Origin: Owenia fusiformis
Taxonomy: Eukaryota
DNA length: 64,000 nt
Direction of reading: 5' to 3'
NCBI GenBank assembly: GCA_903813345.2
Contig: CAIIXF020000001.1
Coordinates: 15,500,001-15,564,000, forward strand
The position numbers and the translations under genes are program-made. Below, piece by piece: positions 14,401-26,434 of this stretch. Each line of letters opens with the position of its first letter. The stretch's first letter is position 1. The notes beneath the pieces are model-generated. The model was given only the letters and a program-made list of their open reading frames with translations, did no database searches and had not been told where the DNA came from.

Positions 14401-17400
14401 ATAAAAGCTATTACCTAGATTTTTTATTTCATTTGAAAGATAATAGATTATTGTTTTAGGAAATGTAACATTTTGGCACCCCCTTAGTCACGTTGACCTC
14501 GATTTGACCTTTGTAGTGGGAGGTTTATTTGGTCTTGCGAATTAGTGTTATAAAAGACTTGCAGACATTAGGGTTAATTGTATCATTGATCACGAATGTG
14601 TTTCTTTAAATCAATTGATCAAACTAGATTCTTTAATCTGTACGTTTTGTCGTATTGCACGGTACACGATGGAATCAGACAATAGTATATATCTCCATTT
14701 AATTATTCGAAATGATTAAAAATCTCTCATTGTTATTTGGAAATTGGTCGTCTATATCGTTCGAGACATAAGAAAAGTGAGAATGATTTGTGTCGAGATT
14801 TAAAAGATCGGCTTTCCATGGTGATTTTAAATGATGAAAATCATCCGAACATTTTAATCACATTAAAAAGGAATCGGGGATTTTAAGCTTACATATAAAA
14901 TCGAAACGCCAACCTAAACATACGACCCATCGCCCATACAAATGCATTGCTTAAATATTTCCGTTCACATTTAGGTTGTGAAAACATTGCAAGCTTAAAA
15001 TCTCTAATGCCATAAAATGACGTTTTACGAGCATAAAATAGGCATTTTGATATACAAGATGATTTGACACAACAATTGTTTAATATTTTTGGCGGGATTT
15101 TTTGGCGTAGTGTTGAATTTACACCTTCCTACGCCCCTGTATCATCCCGACAGGTGCATAACGATCTTATACCATGGTTAAGAGCAATATAATCTAAAGT
15201 CATCTGTTGAATGAGAGAAAAAAATGTCCGACTCTTACTCTTAGGAATATTTAAGTTTCATATAGTATACCGTCATATCCTTTGATAATTTAAAGAAAAG
15301 GAAAAAGAATTCTTCAAAATTTGAAAAATTAAAATTATTTTTAAACCCGAAAAATTAAAATTGTTGAAAAAATAAAGTTTTTGAAAAAATGAAAACTATT
15401 TGAAAAAGTGAATTTCCTTTGAAAAAATGTTAAAGGACATTATCCCTGCTTCGGACAAATTTGATTTTTTTACATAATATAGATTTGAATGTCTTTTGAA
15501 TAGTCATAATTTAATTTAGGTAATATTTCTAGATTTTTCTCAAAAAAATATTAGCGCAGTACACTGATGAACTTCTTTCCCTAAATAGAGACTTGTATTT
15601 TATTAAAATCGGTCTAATTGAGCGTTATCCCTGCTCCAGACCAATTTGATATTTTTACATCTTGTAGATTTAAATGTCCTCTTTTGAATATTCATAGTTT
15701 AATTTGGGTAATATTTCTATATTTTCATGAAAAAATATTACCCCAGGAGACTGTTCTCCAAACCGAGAATCATCCTTTTTGAATTTACCCGGGATGATAT
15801 CATCCCTGATAGCATTCCCCTAATCCTGATAACATACCTGTCCCAAATATGTGATTTATCACTTGCTATTATATACCTGATATTGCTATAACCATGGTAT
15901 TATTCACTATATTGCCCCTTGAAATGACGTTACTACTAACGTAAGTTATTAACGTCCTGGTTGCTGAAGTGAGGAATTCTCACTCGATGATTAGAGACTT
16001 TGGATGTACATTATACTCGTGACTGATGCGCAATTCAGTAACCGGATGCTCCTATTAACATAAGGGTTAAAAATTTGGATACAAATCGACCTTATTCTTG
16101 GTGAAAATGACGAAATTAAAATATTCCTCCGACGTAAGTAACATTGGCATCAGTGACGTATTGAAAATATTTTTTCTTAAAAATAGATTTATGATGATTT
16201 TGTAGCATAAAAATCTAAGTTTGCTAATATAGACTCGGACTATCTTCTTATTTCAACATTCGTTTTCGTTAGGTAATGATTTCCCATGGGATAAAAGGAC
16301 AATCTTTTGTTGGTTTTTCAACAATATCAATTATATCCACTCATAGATATAATTATCCTCACTCATTCGCTGCGCTCACTCGTTTTTATGGATTTACGTA
16401 AATTATATCTTTTTTTTTAAAAACAGCGGATATTCCTATAATATCCATAACGATATATTGAAATAGATATGCGTCGATCCCATTTACATTGACATTTTCT
16501 CAACTTCAAATGATAAATTTTGGACTGACTTATATCAATAGCAGCCATATCGAGAGTAATGGATTATAGGATTATGGTATGATGGCTAAAAAAGGTTTAA
16601 TAACCTTTTACAAATAACTGTTAAAAAAGAAAAGAAAATACCGATAAAATGTGGAAGGCATTGCGACAATGTTCGTTTAAATTTTTTAGATACGCGCGAT
16701 TCACTTACTTGATTTGCTTAATTTTGGATCAAGTTGTGTTTCAGATTTCTTGAAATATGGAAGTACATCTTTGTAGCTCCACCCTGTGTTCCCAAGCTCT
16801 GCCCACATGTCATAGTCATATTTACTACCACGCGTGTATTGCATGTAGTTATGTGCACTGCAACCTCCAAGTAATTTGCCAGTTGCCCATCTACTTTGCT
16901 TCAAAACAAGTAAAATGTGTATTTTTCATTAGTAAAAGAAAGCAATTATTATAAAATTATGGTGATAATTTGAGATTTTAGCTACCTGTGCAAGATCATC
17001 CACATTTATATAGCTTTACTAGAAGAGTATGTATGCCAAAGAGTAATTGGACTTTTTGATTTACAGGGTGGTCAAAAAACGGCAACCCTAGTTTTTCCTA
17101 ATATTTTTGTCATTCTAAGTAATAACTCCCTGATATTTTAGACATTTGTACAGCATTCAATTTCCTACCAACCTACCATATTTCATGACCATCGGACTGA
17201 TAGTCACAATATTACTGCATTTTAAGCAACATGCCCCAGATGGCCACTTTCGGGCTGTCTGAGCTGGTCTGTTATTCAAATGAACTCCATTTCCTACTTG
17301 ATGCACTGGCAATCATGTATTCTTTGGGGAGCCAAGCACTTGATGAAGTAGTGGAGAGGCACCTTCACACAGACAGATGCACAGTTTAGTGTGTTCTCAG

Positions 17401-20400
17401 AAGATAGGGTCCTTTACATTTGATGATATCAACGGATATGCAATAACTGTCAACACCAAACTCTATTTTGTGATTCCCATGGAGTTCTTTGGGACTTTGG
17501 TTGAACCCAGGGGGGTTGATAGGCAGCAACAGTGGTTCCAACAAGATAGAACCATACCCCATACACCCAATGATGCACCCCATAGCCCAGATATGGCCCC
17601 ATTTAATCTTTACCAGTGGGGATACCCCAAAGATAAAGTGTAGGGTAATAACACCAGAAAGACATCTGACCTCAAAATAAAGATCACATGTGTCGTTCAG
17701 GCCATACTTGCTGAGGAATGCAGTAATGTCATTGACAGGTTTTAAAAAATGTGTGCAGGTTTGCCTACAGCACGATATTGGAAAACTGGGGCACCTTGTT
17801 TAAGGTGCTGTAACATTGCGACTATCAGTCCAATGTTCATGAAATAACAGAGTCTAGTATGAAATTGGATGATGTACATGTGTGCCAAATATCAGGGCAA
17901 AATCTCTAAAAATAACAAAGATATGAGGAAAAATTAGGGTTGCCGTTTTTTCACAACCCTGTACTTTAGTTAATTTTCCTTAATTAATTTTGTCTTCAGC
18001 TCAAGCAAAATCATAGATCTAGAAGTAAAAAAGAAAAAATGGTTTTGCACAGGTACACAAGGAACCCCCCCCCCCCCCCCCCCGGGGAATATGACAATCG
18101 CAATGTGGTCAATTTTGGATATACTAGTCACTCAAGAAAATTGCAAAAATAACATATAAAATGACTCCATGTTAATTTTCAAATGTTGTGAATTCTCACT
18201 GAAATCTAGGTAAATTACCTAAATACCAGTGGGTAATCGGTTTCACCACCAAGTGGCTTACACTCGGGTAAGATAACATAGGAGGCATCCAGAACTTTGC
18301 CCAAAACTAATCAATAGACTTTAAAGATTATTTATCTAACGTTTTTGAGTAAAATGGGATTTTGAATAGGATATCACTTTCTCGAAATTTTGAATAGTTT
18401 AACGAAGTCTATTTAAATCACAAAGAATTAATTATAACCGGAATTTTCAAAAATATGAATTTTATAATATTTACCGAGTTTTCCAAGCCTTTGCAACAGT
18501 GTTTCTGAGGAACTGTTTTGTACTCCCAGTCCATGCTTGTCCGTTGAGTAAACTTGGTCCCCAATGGCGGTTTTGTGAGAGGGTTTGATGCTTCTCCAGC
18601 TTCAAGGAGCAACACTTTGGTGTTTGGGTCTTCTGAGAGTCTACTTGCTACAACAGCACCTGCTGATCCTGCTCCAACTGTAACCATACATGGATTCAAT
18701 TTCTTTCTGCATGAGGTGCTTTGGATTGAGCAAACCCTCAAATGGATTTCAATCAATTATTTATTAATTGGTTTATTGGTTTCTTGAACTCATTTAGCTA
18801 CATCGAGATGAAAGTTCGACAAAGCAAATGACAAATAAAACATGCATGGCAAAACATGATAAGCAAATAAAATGATTTAACATCAATTTAACAACTCTTT
18901 GGTAATATTGTGAACTCTTGTAAAATGATCACCAATTGTTTCATTAATTGCATCATCGTGCGCTAACAAAGAGAATAAAAATAAACTACTTGTATTGAAA
19001 TAAAAAAAAAACTATACTAGTATTGTTTATACCTCATTTGGTCTATTGATGTCAACACTCTCCCTTTAAATCTAATATCTATTATTAACTTTCGTTTCCT
19101 CATGTTTTATATGTCTCTGATTTGAGCAAGTTAATTCTTAAACAGAACTAATTTCGATACATATACCTTCTTTGAATATTGCGACTTTTCCATTTTGATA
19201 TGTATCCAGTCTACCTTTTGTTTGAATGTACCTAAGGTACAGAACAGCCAACTTGAAATTGTGGAATTGGTGTGACCTTACATTAAGCTAGTATAATGGC
19301 ATGCAATTGTGTTCTGATTGGTTGGAATTACATATTGCTTGCCAATATGCGAATTCCGTTCCGACTGTAATTTAAGATTTTTGAAATGTGAATGATATGT
19401 ATATGTGACAAGGTGCACTTAAAGTCAGTGGGGTGTTTAGTTTCCCAATCAGTATGCTCGGGTCATGTGACTGTGTCTGTGACCTAAGGAAAAAGCGTTA
19501 TTTACACGGTACCCAAAAGTATATCAAGACCACATATAAACCAATCAATACTTTTTGCATGGCCCAATACACCATTTTTATTTCAGTCTTGTCTTTTTGA
19601 TGCTTTAACCCTTTACCTTTTATACCACATATTCAATGTAACCTCATATTTCGATGACAGCCTATATATCCTTACTGCTACATTGTTCATCACATTTGAT
19701 AATACTTCCGGTGGAATATTTTGGATCTCTCTTTTGATCTTGCCTTTAAGTTGTTCTAGGTCTTTTTGCTTGGAATGATCATTAATACACTCCTTCAAAA
19801 TAGCCACAGAGAAAGATGTTTGAGGATGACGATGGCAGAACAAACACAGATGATCAGGTCAATTATCGGCAAATGTTTCAGGAGTTACCTTCCAGAGTTA
19901 GGCAGGCTAGCCTAGCCTGGAGACCAAATGATATCCAAATGAAAACACAGTGGTCTCAAATTGAAACACACAACAAAGACTACATTAGAATCCCAACCAA
20001 TGCAGTTTCTTGAACCTCTGACCTGAACATTCCACCAGAAATATCAAATGTGATGAACAATGTAGTCGTAAGGATGCAGACTGTTATCGAAATATGAGGT
20101 TACATTGAAAATGTGGTGTAAAACAGGTAACGGGTTAAAGTATCAAAAAGGCAAAACTGAATTAAAAACTGTGTATCGGGGAAAAAACTTTCATCTTTTA
20201 TCTACAAGACCATGCAAAATATGTCTGAAAATATTAATTGGTTTGTCTATGCTGTTGATATACTTTTTGGTACATTTTTTGAGACACCCTTAGGCCTATA
20301 TAGTCACATACCGGCTGGTACTGTATATGACTTTGATATTGTAATTGTGACTTCGGACTTTTGTATTCCATACATGATAAAGTGTATTATACACTTACCT

Positions 20401-21588
20401 TTAGCGTTCTATGATAACCCAAGGGCAATTTATTCAATGTTGTCTCGTTGAGACTGACAAACGCTACCACTTCAACACTGGTTTGGATCGAAAGATTTGT
20501 CCGCTTACTCCATGAAATGGGTACAGTATATCATTTGCACCTTCAGACCTTTCACCGCTATTGAAAATCCATAAACGCTGGGGGTAAAAGCGATTGAAAA
20601 CGGCGCCAGAGTATTTATCATACTCTAAAACGTATCTTTTTAATGATATCTAGATGTATTCGGTCTTTTGAATTTTTATAAAAAATAATTTTTGAATTTT
20701 TTGACCGCTACTATGGAGGAGGAGTTTCAAATGTGAAATACATTAAGAAAGACGTCAGACATTAAGGAATTATCATTGAAAATTTATTGAAAATAAGCAA
20801 AAAATTACCTCCAACAGTAGCGCACAAAATGGTTTGAAATTTTAGTTTTCATTGAATCATAGTATTTGAAACATTATAAGAACTTGTTTTCAACCTAGAT
20901 AGGCCAACAATACTAGTTTATTTTGAAGGTTTAGCGTATTTGGAAAATAATTGTGCCGGAAAAATGACAATTTCTGATGAATATCTTTTGCCTGATCTAT
21001 TCTGTTCAATGGAGTAAAGAAATGATGTGTTTTACAGTGCTAAGTGTTGTATTTGACCTAGGTCAGCAGCTGAGCACATTTCACACTGGTCATATAGAGC
21101 AAGGTCTTGGGCTTATTTTGAGCTTGGGTTCTCTGCCCTAGCCCCTGCAACGAATGTTAAAATTGGTCCTAAAGGTGGCGCCCCTGCAATTTACCCCAAA
21201 TTTAAAACCAATTGTTTCTAAAAATGGCGGGAAATTCAGATATTTAAGAATTAAAAAATGAATGATTTTTTCAAAAGTCCTGTTTTTCAAAATACGAGTC
21301 GTATGTCAAGTCAAGTCATGAAAAGTAATATTTGAATGGTTAACTATATTTTCAATTTTAACACGGATGTTTTAAACATCACACCCTGATCAAAACCTGA
21401 TCACACCACAGTCATTTATACTGATTCTCCATTATTGCATATAATTTATATTTTTCCTTACCTACAATATAATCATATTCGTCATCTAGAACATCTCGTA
21501 TTTTTGAATTAATGTCTACAGCCTTTTCCTTTGTAAAATAGAGATAAACTGCGGCAAGAACTATGATATATGACAAACTCTGGAACAT
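2449..21588 (-). CDS. GMC oxidoreductase (glucose/choline dehydrogenase-like), 11 coding exons, ~598 aa, N-terminal hydrophobic signal/anchor
   Basis: Exons (minus): 21462-21588, 18475-18677, 16709-16898, 11514-11645, 10489-10613, 9106-9273, 8634-8784, 8332-8495, 5564-5747, 5180-5405, 2449-2575. All GT-AG, phases consistent, total 1797 nt. Motifs: YDYIVVGAGSAG (FAD), [72 protein letters not shown] (catalytic His), [18 protein letters not shown] (Asn). Confidence 0.95.
3130..4635. repeat. Degenerate ~200-bp tandem repeat in the last GMC intron
   Basis: Core ATATGGTTCATATATCACTGGAAAGAGCAGAATTAGTAGAATTCC recurs near 3227, 3508, 3718, 3913 and 4543. Confidence 0.85.
3999..4422. mobile_element. 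Insertion with a TAAT target duplication inside the 200-bp array
   Basis: Array motif TTTTTAATTGTCATAG is split; TAAT is present on both sides (3995-3998, 4423-4426); short inverted ATGCGAGT/ACTCGCAT near the ends. Confidence 0.6.
5740..8210. repeat. 32-bp minisatellite (ATTGCATAACTGAAAGTGCATTGAAATAGACC-type) with ~3-unit higher-order variation, in GMC intron 8
   Basis: Dozens of units at 5740-6565 and 7487-8210; alternating TGAAGTAGACT / CTAAAATAGTCC / TGAAATAGACC variants. Confidence 0.95.
6565..7486 (-). mobile_element. Helentron/HINE-like non-autonomous element inserted in the minisatellite
   Basis: Subterminal inverted repeat GCTCACACAG (6586)/CTGTGTGAGC (7473), terminal hairpin GGACCCACGGTCC, (GGAC)n microsatellite at ~7435-7450, inserted in an A run with no TSD. 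Confidence 0.75.
9781..10468. mobile_element. MITE with ~37-bp TIRs, TA-flanked
   Basis: AGATTTTCGCCAGCTAAAATGTCACTCGACTTTTTT at 9781 and its reverse complement ending 10468; TA on both sides; ~20 bp from the exon 5 donor. Confidence 0.85.
10678..11250. mobile_element. Tc1/mariner-derived MITE
   Basis: TA|CAGGGTGGTCAAAAAAATGGAAACCCT...AGGGTTTCCATTTTTTTGACCACCCTG|TA; internal minus-strand relic [11 protein letters not shown] resembles a mariner/maT transposase C-terminus. Confidence 0.9.
12232..12411. mobile_element. Short CpG-rich palindromic MITE
   Basis: ACGCGGTATCCCCGCCAGAACCGCGCGAA ... TTCGCGCGGTTCTGGCGGCGATACCGCGT inverted arms with internal CGCG repeats. Confidence 0.75.
13071..15139. 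mobile_element. Non-autonomous DNA transposon, TIR CAGTGGCGTAGGAA/TTCCTACGCCCCTG
   Basis: TIRs at 13071 and ending 15139; TATCA directly flanks both ends. Confidence 0.75.
13787..14262. mobile_element. TTAA-flanked (Kolobok-like) MITE nested in the previous element
   Basis: TTAA|AGGGACAAAGTGCG ... degenerate CGCATTGCCTGT|TTAA. Confidence 0.5.
17064..17961 (+). mobile_element. Tc1/mariner (maT-like) defective element, same family as 10678..11250
   Basis: TA|CAGGGTGGTCAAAAAACGGCAACCCTA...TAGGGTTGCCGTTTTTTCACAACCCTG|TA; transposase relic WFQQD..PH...SPDMAP...QWGYPKDKV at 17377..17643. Confidence 0.9.
19505..20290. mobile_element. Decayed mariner-like foldback element
   Basis: Long imperfect inverted arms (~19510-19715 vs ~20025-20272); relic peptides [26 protein letters not shown] (-) and FEDDDGRT...VNYRQM (+) resemble mariner transposase segments. 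Confidence 0.65.
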
Positions 21589-23593
21589 TGTAAAGCTGTG
21601 CAGTGTCTACTGTCTAGGTTAACGTTGGCCTCTCACCCTGACCCATCGATACTTATATACTCGACATGTATCTTTGATAATGAGTGTAGATCTACTTATA
21701 ACCAATGTTATGTCGGCCAATGGCTAGTGTTTGGTTGTTGGCCCCATTTCCGTTTATAGGACACTGGTGGGTAAATCAATAACTTTTTAAATGACTGGCT
21801 TTTAATATGGTTTGAAGCTAGAACATTATTCCTTTTCTCAGTTTTTATATTTCACTTGATTAATATGCAATATTTACTGTTCAATTTTGTAAGAAAGTAA
21901 ACATAGACCCATTAATGGTTCGGTAAAATAGCTATGACACCACAGTAGCATGGTAGTTGTCGCTGTGCGCGTTCTTCAAAACGAACGTTGCCGAACTGGT
22001 TTTAAACTATGGGCGCCGGAACAGAAACAGAACGTAGCTGCAACTTTCTACGGTATATTTATGAACTTCATGGACGCACTGGGACGGGAAGGTGATTGAC
22101 TGAGCCCCGGGGACTGAGAACTTATTTAAAGAGTGTTTATAATTATTTTAGGCCTATTTCTCGACCACAGCCAGATTTAACCCATTTTACGACTTTTTTG
22201 TAGATCTGGAAAGAATGGTCGAAACTAGCCTAGTTTGGTGCAATAGGTGTTTTACATTAATTTTTACGGCAAAGATGTCGAAAAATGTCTGCGGCGGCTG
22301 CAGATTGGCTTGTTTTGTATTTTCAAGGATACTTTAAAGTATGTTAAAGTTACCTCTAACCCATATTTTTTACCTGTTCATTATAATTCAAGATTCAAAT
22401 GTATGAATAGTGTAGGTATTGTTATACTTGAAAAATCTCTTGAGTATGAATGCGTGAATAACACATGAATGAGTGAAAGAGAGTAATCTCGTGGGGTGTG
22501 ACCTAATAAATCACGTAATGGGTAACTTACAAACGTTTAATAAAAGGGGGGCACCCTTAAGTAGCTCAAGTGGGGCAACCTATTTAAATTGATGAATAGG
22601 TCAGTTACGAAGTGTAGAGATCAAGGATAGTTTAATGTTAGGTGAAGGGCGTAATATCAATGTAGTCAATTAATTAAAAATGCTTAAATTGTGAGAGAAA
22701 ATGGGTGATCGTCTAGCTTACTATTACTCGCACATTGACAATGAAGATTTATTAAGATTATTAATACCAGTCAATATATTTCCTATCACTTATTGGATAG
22801 TTTAGTACTTCAAAATATATGTACAATTATTCCCAATTTACAACACTAGTTACAACTCAGAAGTAGTTACAGACATTGTCTAAGTTACCAAAACAATGCA
22901 AAGTAAACATTAAGTACCTTTAACTACAGGTTTTAAAACTCCGTATAAATTAACAATTCAACCAAAAGATTGATGAAATCAAAGAACCAAAATAAAGCTA
23001 GAGTAAAACCGTTCAAGGTTTTGTAGCTTAATTGACTTACTTGTATTATTGTTGAGCAGCTCTTGGCTTAGACGTGCAGTAGCGTAGACGTTCTTGTAGT
23101 TCAACTCCCGAATTTCGACACCGTAATTTCGATCTCTGAGTTTCGACCTCTGAATTTCGACCCCGTAATGAAAATGTTACCCCTTTTTATACCCATTTTA
23201 ACTATGCCCCACGTACTATAAACGTTGGCTTAAATTGAGAAATAATAAGTGATTCGTATTGAAAACGTGCGTACGAAATATGTAAATAAGTGATTCGTAT
23301 ATTAAACGTATGTTCAAAATATGTTTATATTTAAATTAAAGCAAAGAATGGGCCATTGCCAAACCAAGAAACAATATATTTCACTCTCAGTTTCACATGT
23401 AATCATGATATAACTTTGTGGGAATAGCGATGCATATAACCTTTACATTTCTATTCCACATGCTATGCTTTCTTTTTTATTTCCATGACCGACACATAAC
23501 CATAAAAGTTTGAATGATGTTTCTCATTCCCTCATTGCCGACGCTGCGTGTTTTTTCATGATATTATATTTTGAATGCCGTTTGTTGTTCCCT
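21453..23593. repeat. Segmental duplicate (copy B) of 1..1520
   Basis: See copy A; contains exon 1 of the complete GMC gene. Confidence 0.92.
22420..23397 (-). mobile_element. Putative solo LTR
   Basis: TGT...ACA termini; on the minus strand TATAAAAA (~23185-23192), a GTAAGT donor (23040-23035) and AATAAA (~22749). Present only in duplicate copy B. No clean TSD. Confidence 0.55.
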
Positions 23594-23865
23594 ATGATGA
23601 ATGTTTGGCCTTTACCCGAAATGATAAATGTTGCTTGCACATCTTAAGTCATTGTAAGTGCCAGAATATTTTTACATCGATTCCAATGAAAATGTTTACA
23701 TCCAATGCAATCTTTAATACGTCACATGCAATATGAGCAACATGCCCGTAGCCAGTTTTTTAGTAAGGGGGGGGGTCGAACCCATCCCCCTGCCCACACA
23801 TAATCATTTTCAATGCTAAAGCAATACCTTGGGCGATCCTGAAAATTCAGAGGGTGGGAGACGAA

Positions 23866-24310
23866 AACAAGGCATTAACATGACAAAATGTCACCGCCTA
23901 GTTGCTCACAATATTAATAGTTTAATCTTAGTCAGATTTGAATTTCCGAGAACTTGTAGATGATTTTAAAAATAAAAAAATTGAAGCAAGCTGAAAAATT
24001 TTTGGCCCTGACAAGCTCATTGAAGGTGTAATCTCAAATCTAAAGTCAGATTTGAACTTCTGAGAACTTGTAGATGATTTTGAAAAAAAGAATTGATCAA
24101 TTTGAAGCAAGTTGAAAAAAGACCTTTTTGACCTTGTGAAGGTCAAATATTTGTTGACCTTGAGAATGTCATTGAAGGTCAAATCTATAGTCAGATTTGA
24201 ACTTTTGAGAACTTCTAGATGATTTTGAAAAAAGAATTGGTCAATTTGAAACAAGTTGAAAAAAATGTTGACCTTAAGAAGGTCGATGAAGGTCGAATCT
24301 CAAATCTAAA
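23866..24310 (-). mobile_element. Helentron/HINE-like element, truncated (family of 36843..37354)
   Basis: Begins AACAAGGCATTAACATGACAAAATGTCACC (reverse complement of the family 3' end) followed by ~115-150-bp internal tandem repeats. Confidence 0.75.
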
Positions 24311-25930
24311 GAAATTCTAAAAAGATACTTCTGGTGGAATGCGCATCGGTTTCTTTACGAAAACTAAGACTTTACTTTATCGTCTAGCTTAGACACATTA
24401 TATATTTTTTTAAGTTAGAAACTTCTTAAAAACTCTCCGTATTAATCCTTCTCTTTTACATTTCTTCGTAGTAGGAGAAGAAGTAATATTAGGGAGTTTA
24501 AGCTTGCATGTAAAATCGAAACGCCAACCTATGTGTTATACTTTACCGTAACCGAGCATTATACCATATACTATACATTATGTACATTGAAAGTTTGTGA
24601 AGTTTGAAATAAAAAATCACGGTCAAGTTCACTGTCTAGGATGTTGTTACAGACATTTACATATATCTAGAAACTAGATCAGATCTTTCTGAAACGATGA
24701 AAACATCAGTTTGCTCAAATGTCATCACCCTCGTGTTGTACCTACAGTGCGCATCCACCTGTCACGCTTAATTTGGTACACACCCTGTGATAATAGCTAT
24801 AGGACCCGGTCCATGCACTTTCAAAATGCTAATTGAAAGACTTAACATTTAATATAATTAAACAAGGCTTAAGGAATATATTACATTAGAATACCTTAAA
24901 GTATACAAAAGAGTGAAAATGAATAAATATTTTGCTTCGCAACATCATTCATAATGTATGATGTTATAAAGTAGGCCATGTCAAAGTAAAAGGGGTACTC
25001 TTGGAATGATTAATGGGGTCTAATATAAATGTATCATCCAAAACAGATGTGTATTGGAGGATTCATGATCATTAGACACCCTTTTCTGGAAAACCCATAT
25101 TAAATGTCCTATAGTCAGATAGTGAGGGCATCGGAGAAGAATTATACATGTTAAATTGTATGAACGTATCTTGCCTATTTCTTAAGTTATCGCTTTTGAC
25201 ATGGGGGTCGTTCAAAATAATTTGCGGCTTATAATTTCAAACGATAACGTTGACTTTATTTACATTTTTATTTTTACAATTCAATACTAATATCCAAGGA
25301 GACATGTTTATTGTTTGTTTGACACACACAAATGTGATAAATAATATCTTATATGACATTAAACCAGACTTATTGAACGATTAACGAAAATACGTTAATT
25401 TTTTATTCCTTTGAAAATTGCTCAGGTTGCGAAATGCCAATATAGTTCCAATGATGCCGCTTACGAATTTATAAAATATAATTGTGTTTCCTCTGCAAAT
25501 TCAAGAAAAATCCATCGTCATATGAATATTTTAATTTTCGAATTTTGTATTTTTTGAAATATCAATTATCGTAAATTGTGCCATGTACAAGACGGGCTCT
25601 TTATTCAAAAATAAACTAAGAATATGAGATGGATCGTGAGGTTAGGTATTTTTATGAAAGTAGAAAATCTACGCAAATCTACGATCCCGGATCGGAAAAG
25701 CAGTTACACCATTTTTCACACTTGACAGAGAATGGCTGTTAATAGCATAGCAAAAAACGTAAAATGACATCTACAAATATAAAATGGCGGCCATTTCCTT
25801 TTGGGCAAATGGTCAGAAAACAAATAAACACAACTTCCTCAATATATCAATTCAACGTTATTTTATTTTGATGAAGGGAAAATGTCAGATTGATAAAGAC
25901 ATATAGTGGGTGCATTATAATGGATCCTTG

Positions 25931-26086
25931 CCCGTAGCCAGCTTTTACCAGGGGGGGAGCTTTTTTCCAGGGGGGGAGCTTTTTCACAATTTTGGCTAAA
26001 AATCATGCGAAAAATTCTCAGAATGGTGAAAAACTGCATGATTTTGAAAGAATTTCTGGCCAGCTCCCCCTCTGGCTACGGGCCTG
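25931..26086. mobile_element. Short MITE (CCCGTAGCCAG...CTGGCTACGGG); relatives at ~23745 and 30592..30701
   Basis: Inverted termini and G-run internal motifs shared by three loci. Confidence 0.7.
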
Positions 26087-26407
26087 GGATCTATAATTCA
26101 GCATTAGGCCTTTAGACTGGGATCTTTTAAAATTAAAACATGAACACTACATGCAAAGACTGTGTCGAGGTAGGAGGTTTTTATACAAAGCGGAATAATA
26201 TTTTTGCTCACTTTTTGAGGTCACCTGACCACGACGTACCGTGTGCCAAGTTATTCTGGCGCTAAATCGAAAAGTCAGTGTTGTTGCAAACTACTACGAA
26301 GGCTGAATCAAAGTAGAAATAGCCTATACAAAATACATTTGTTCCACATTCTGGGTGTCATGTTTTATTTACAAAATCGTATTTCGCAGCAAATTGTTTC
26401 AACCATA

Positions 26408-26434
26408 CACGTCATGTCACGTGCGCAGCACGTG
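26408..26434. promoter_or_regulatory. Cluster of CACGT/E-box motifs ~1.8 kb upstream of the DCAF17 ATG
   Basis: CACGTCATGTCACGTGCGCAGCACGTG in a locally CpG-retaining patch; function not shown. Confidence 0.25.

Larger units (their letters stand above)
12473..16139. mobile_element. Large inverted-repeat element hosting nested insertions
   Basis: 12473-12630 is the approximate reverse complement of 15950-16139 (CGTCGGAGGAA...GTCGATTTGTATCCAAAT...GAATTCCTCACTTCAGCAA). Confidence 0.75.
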
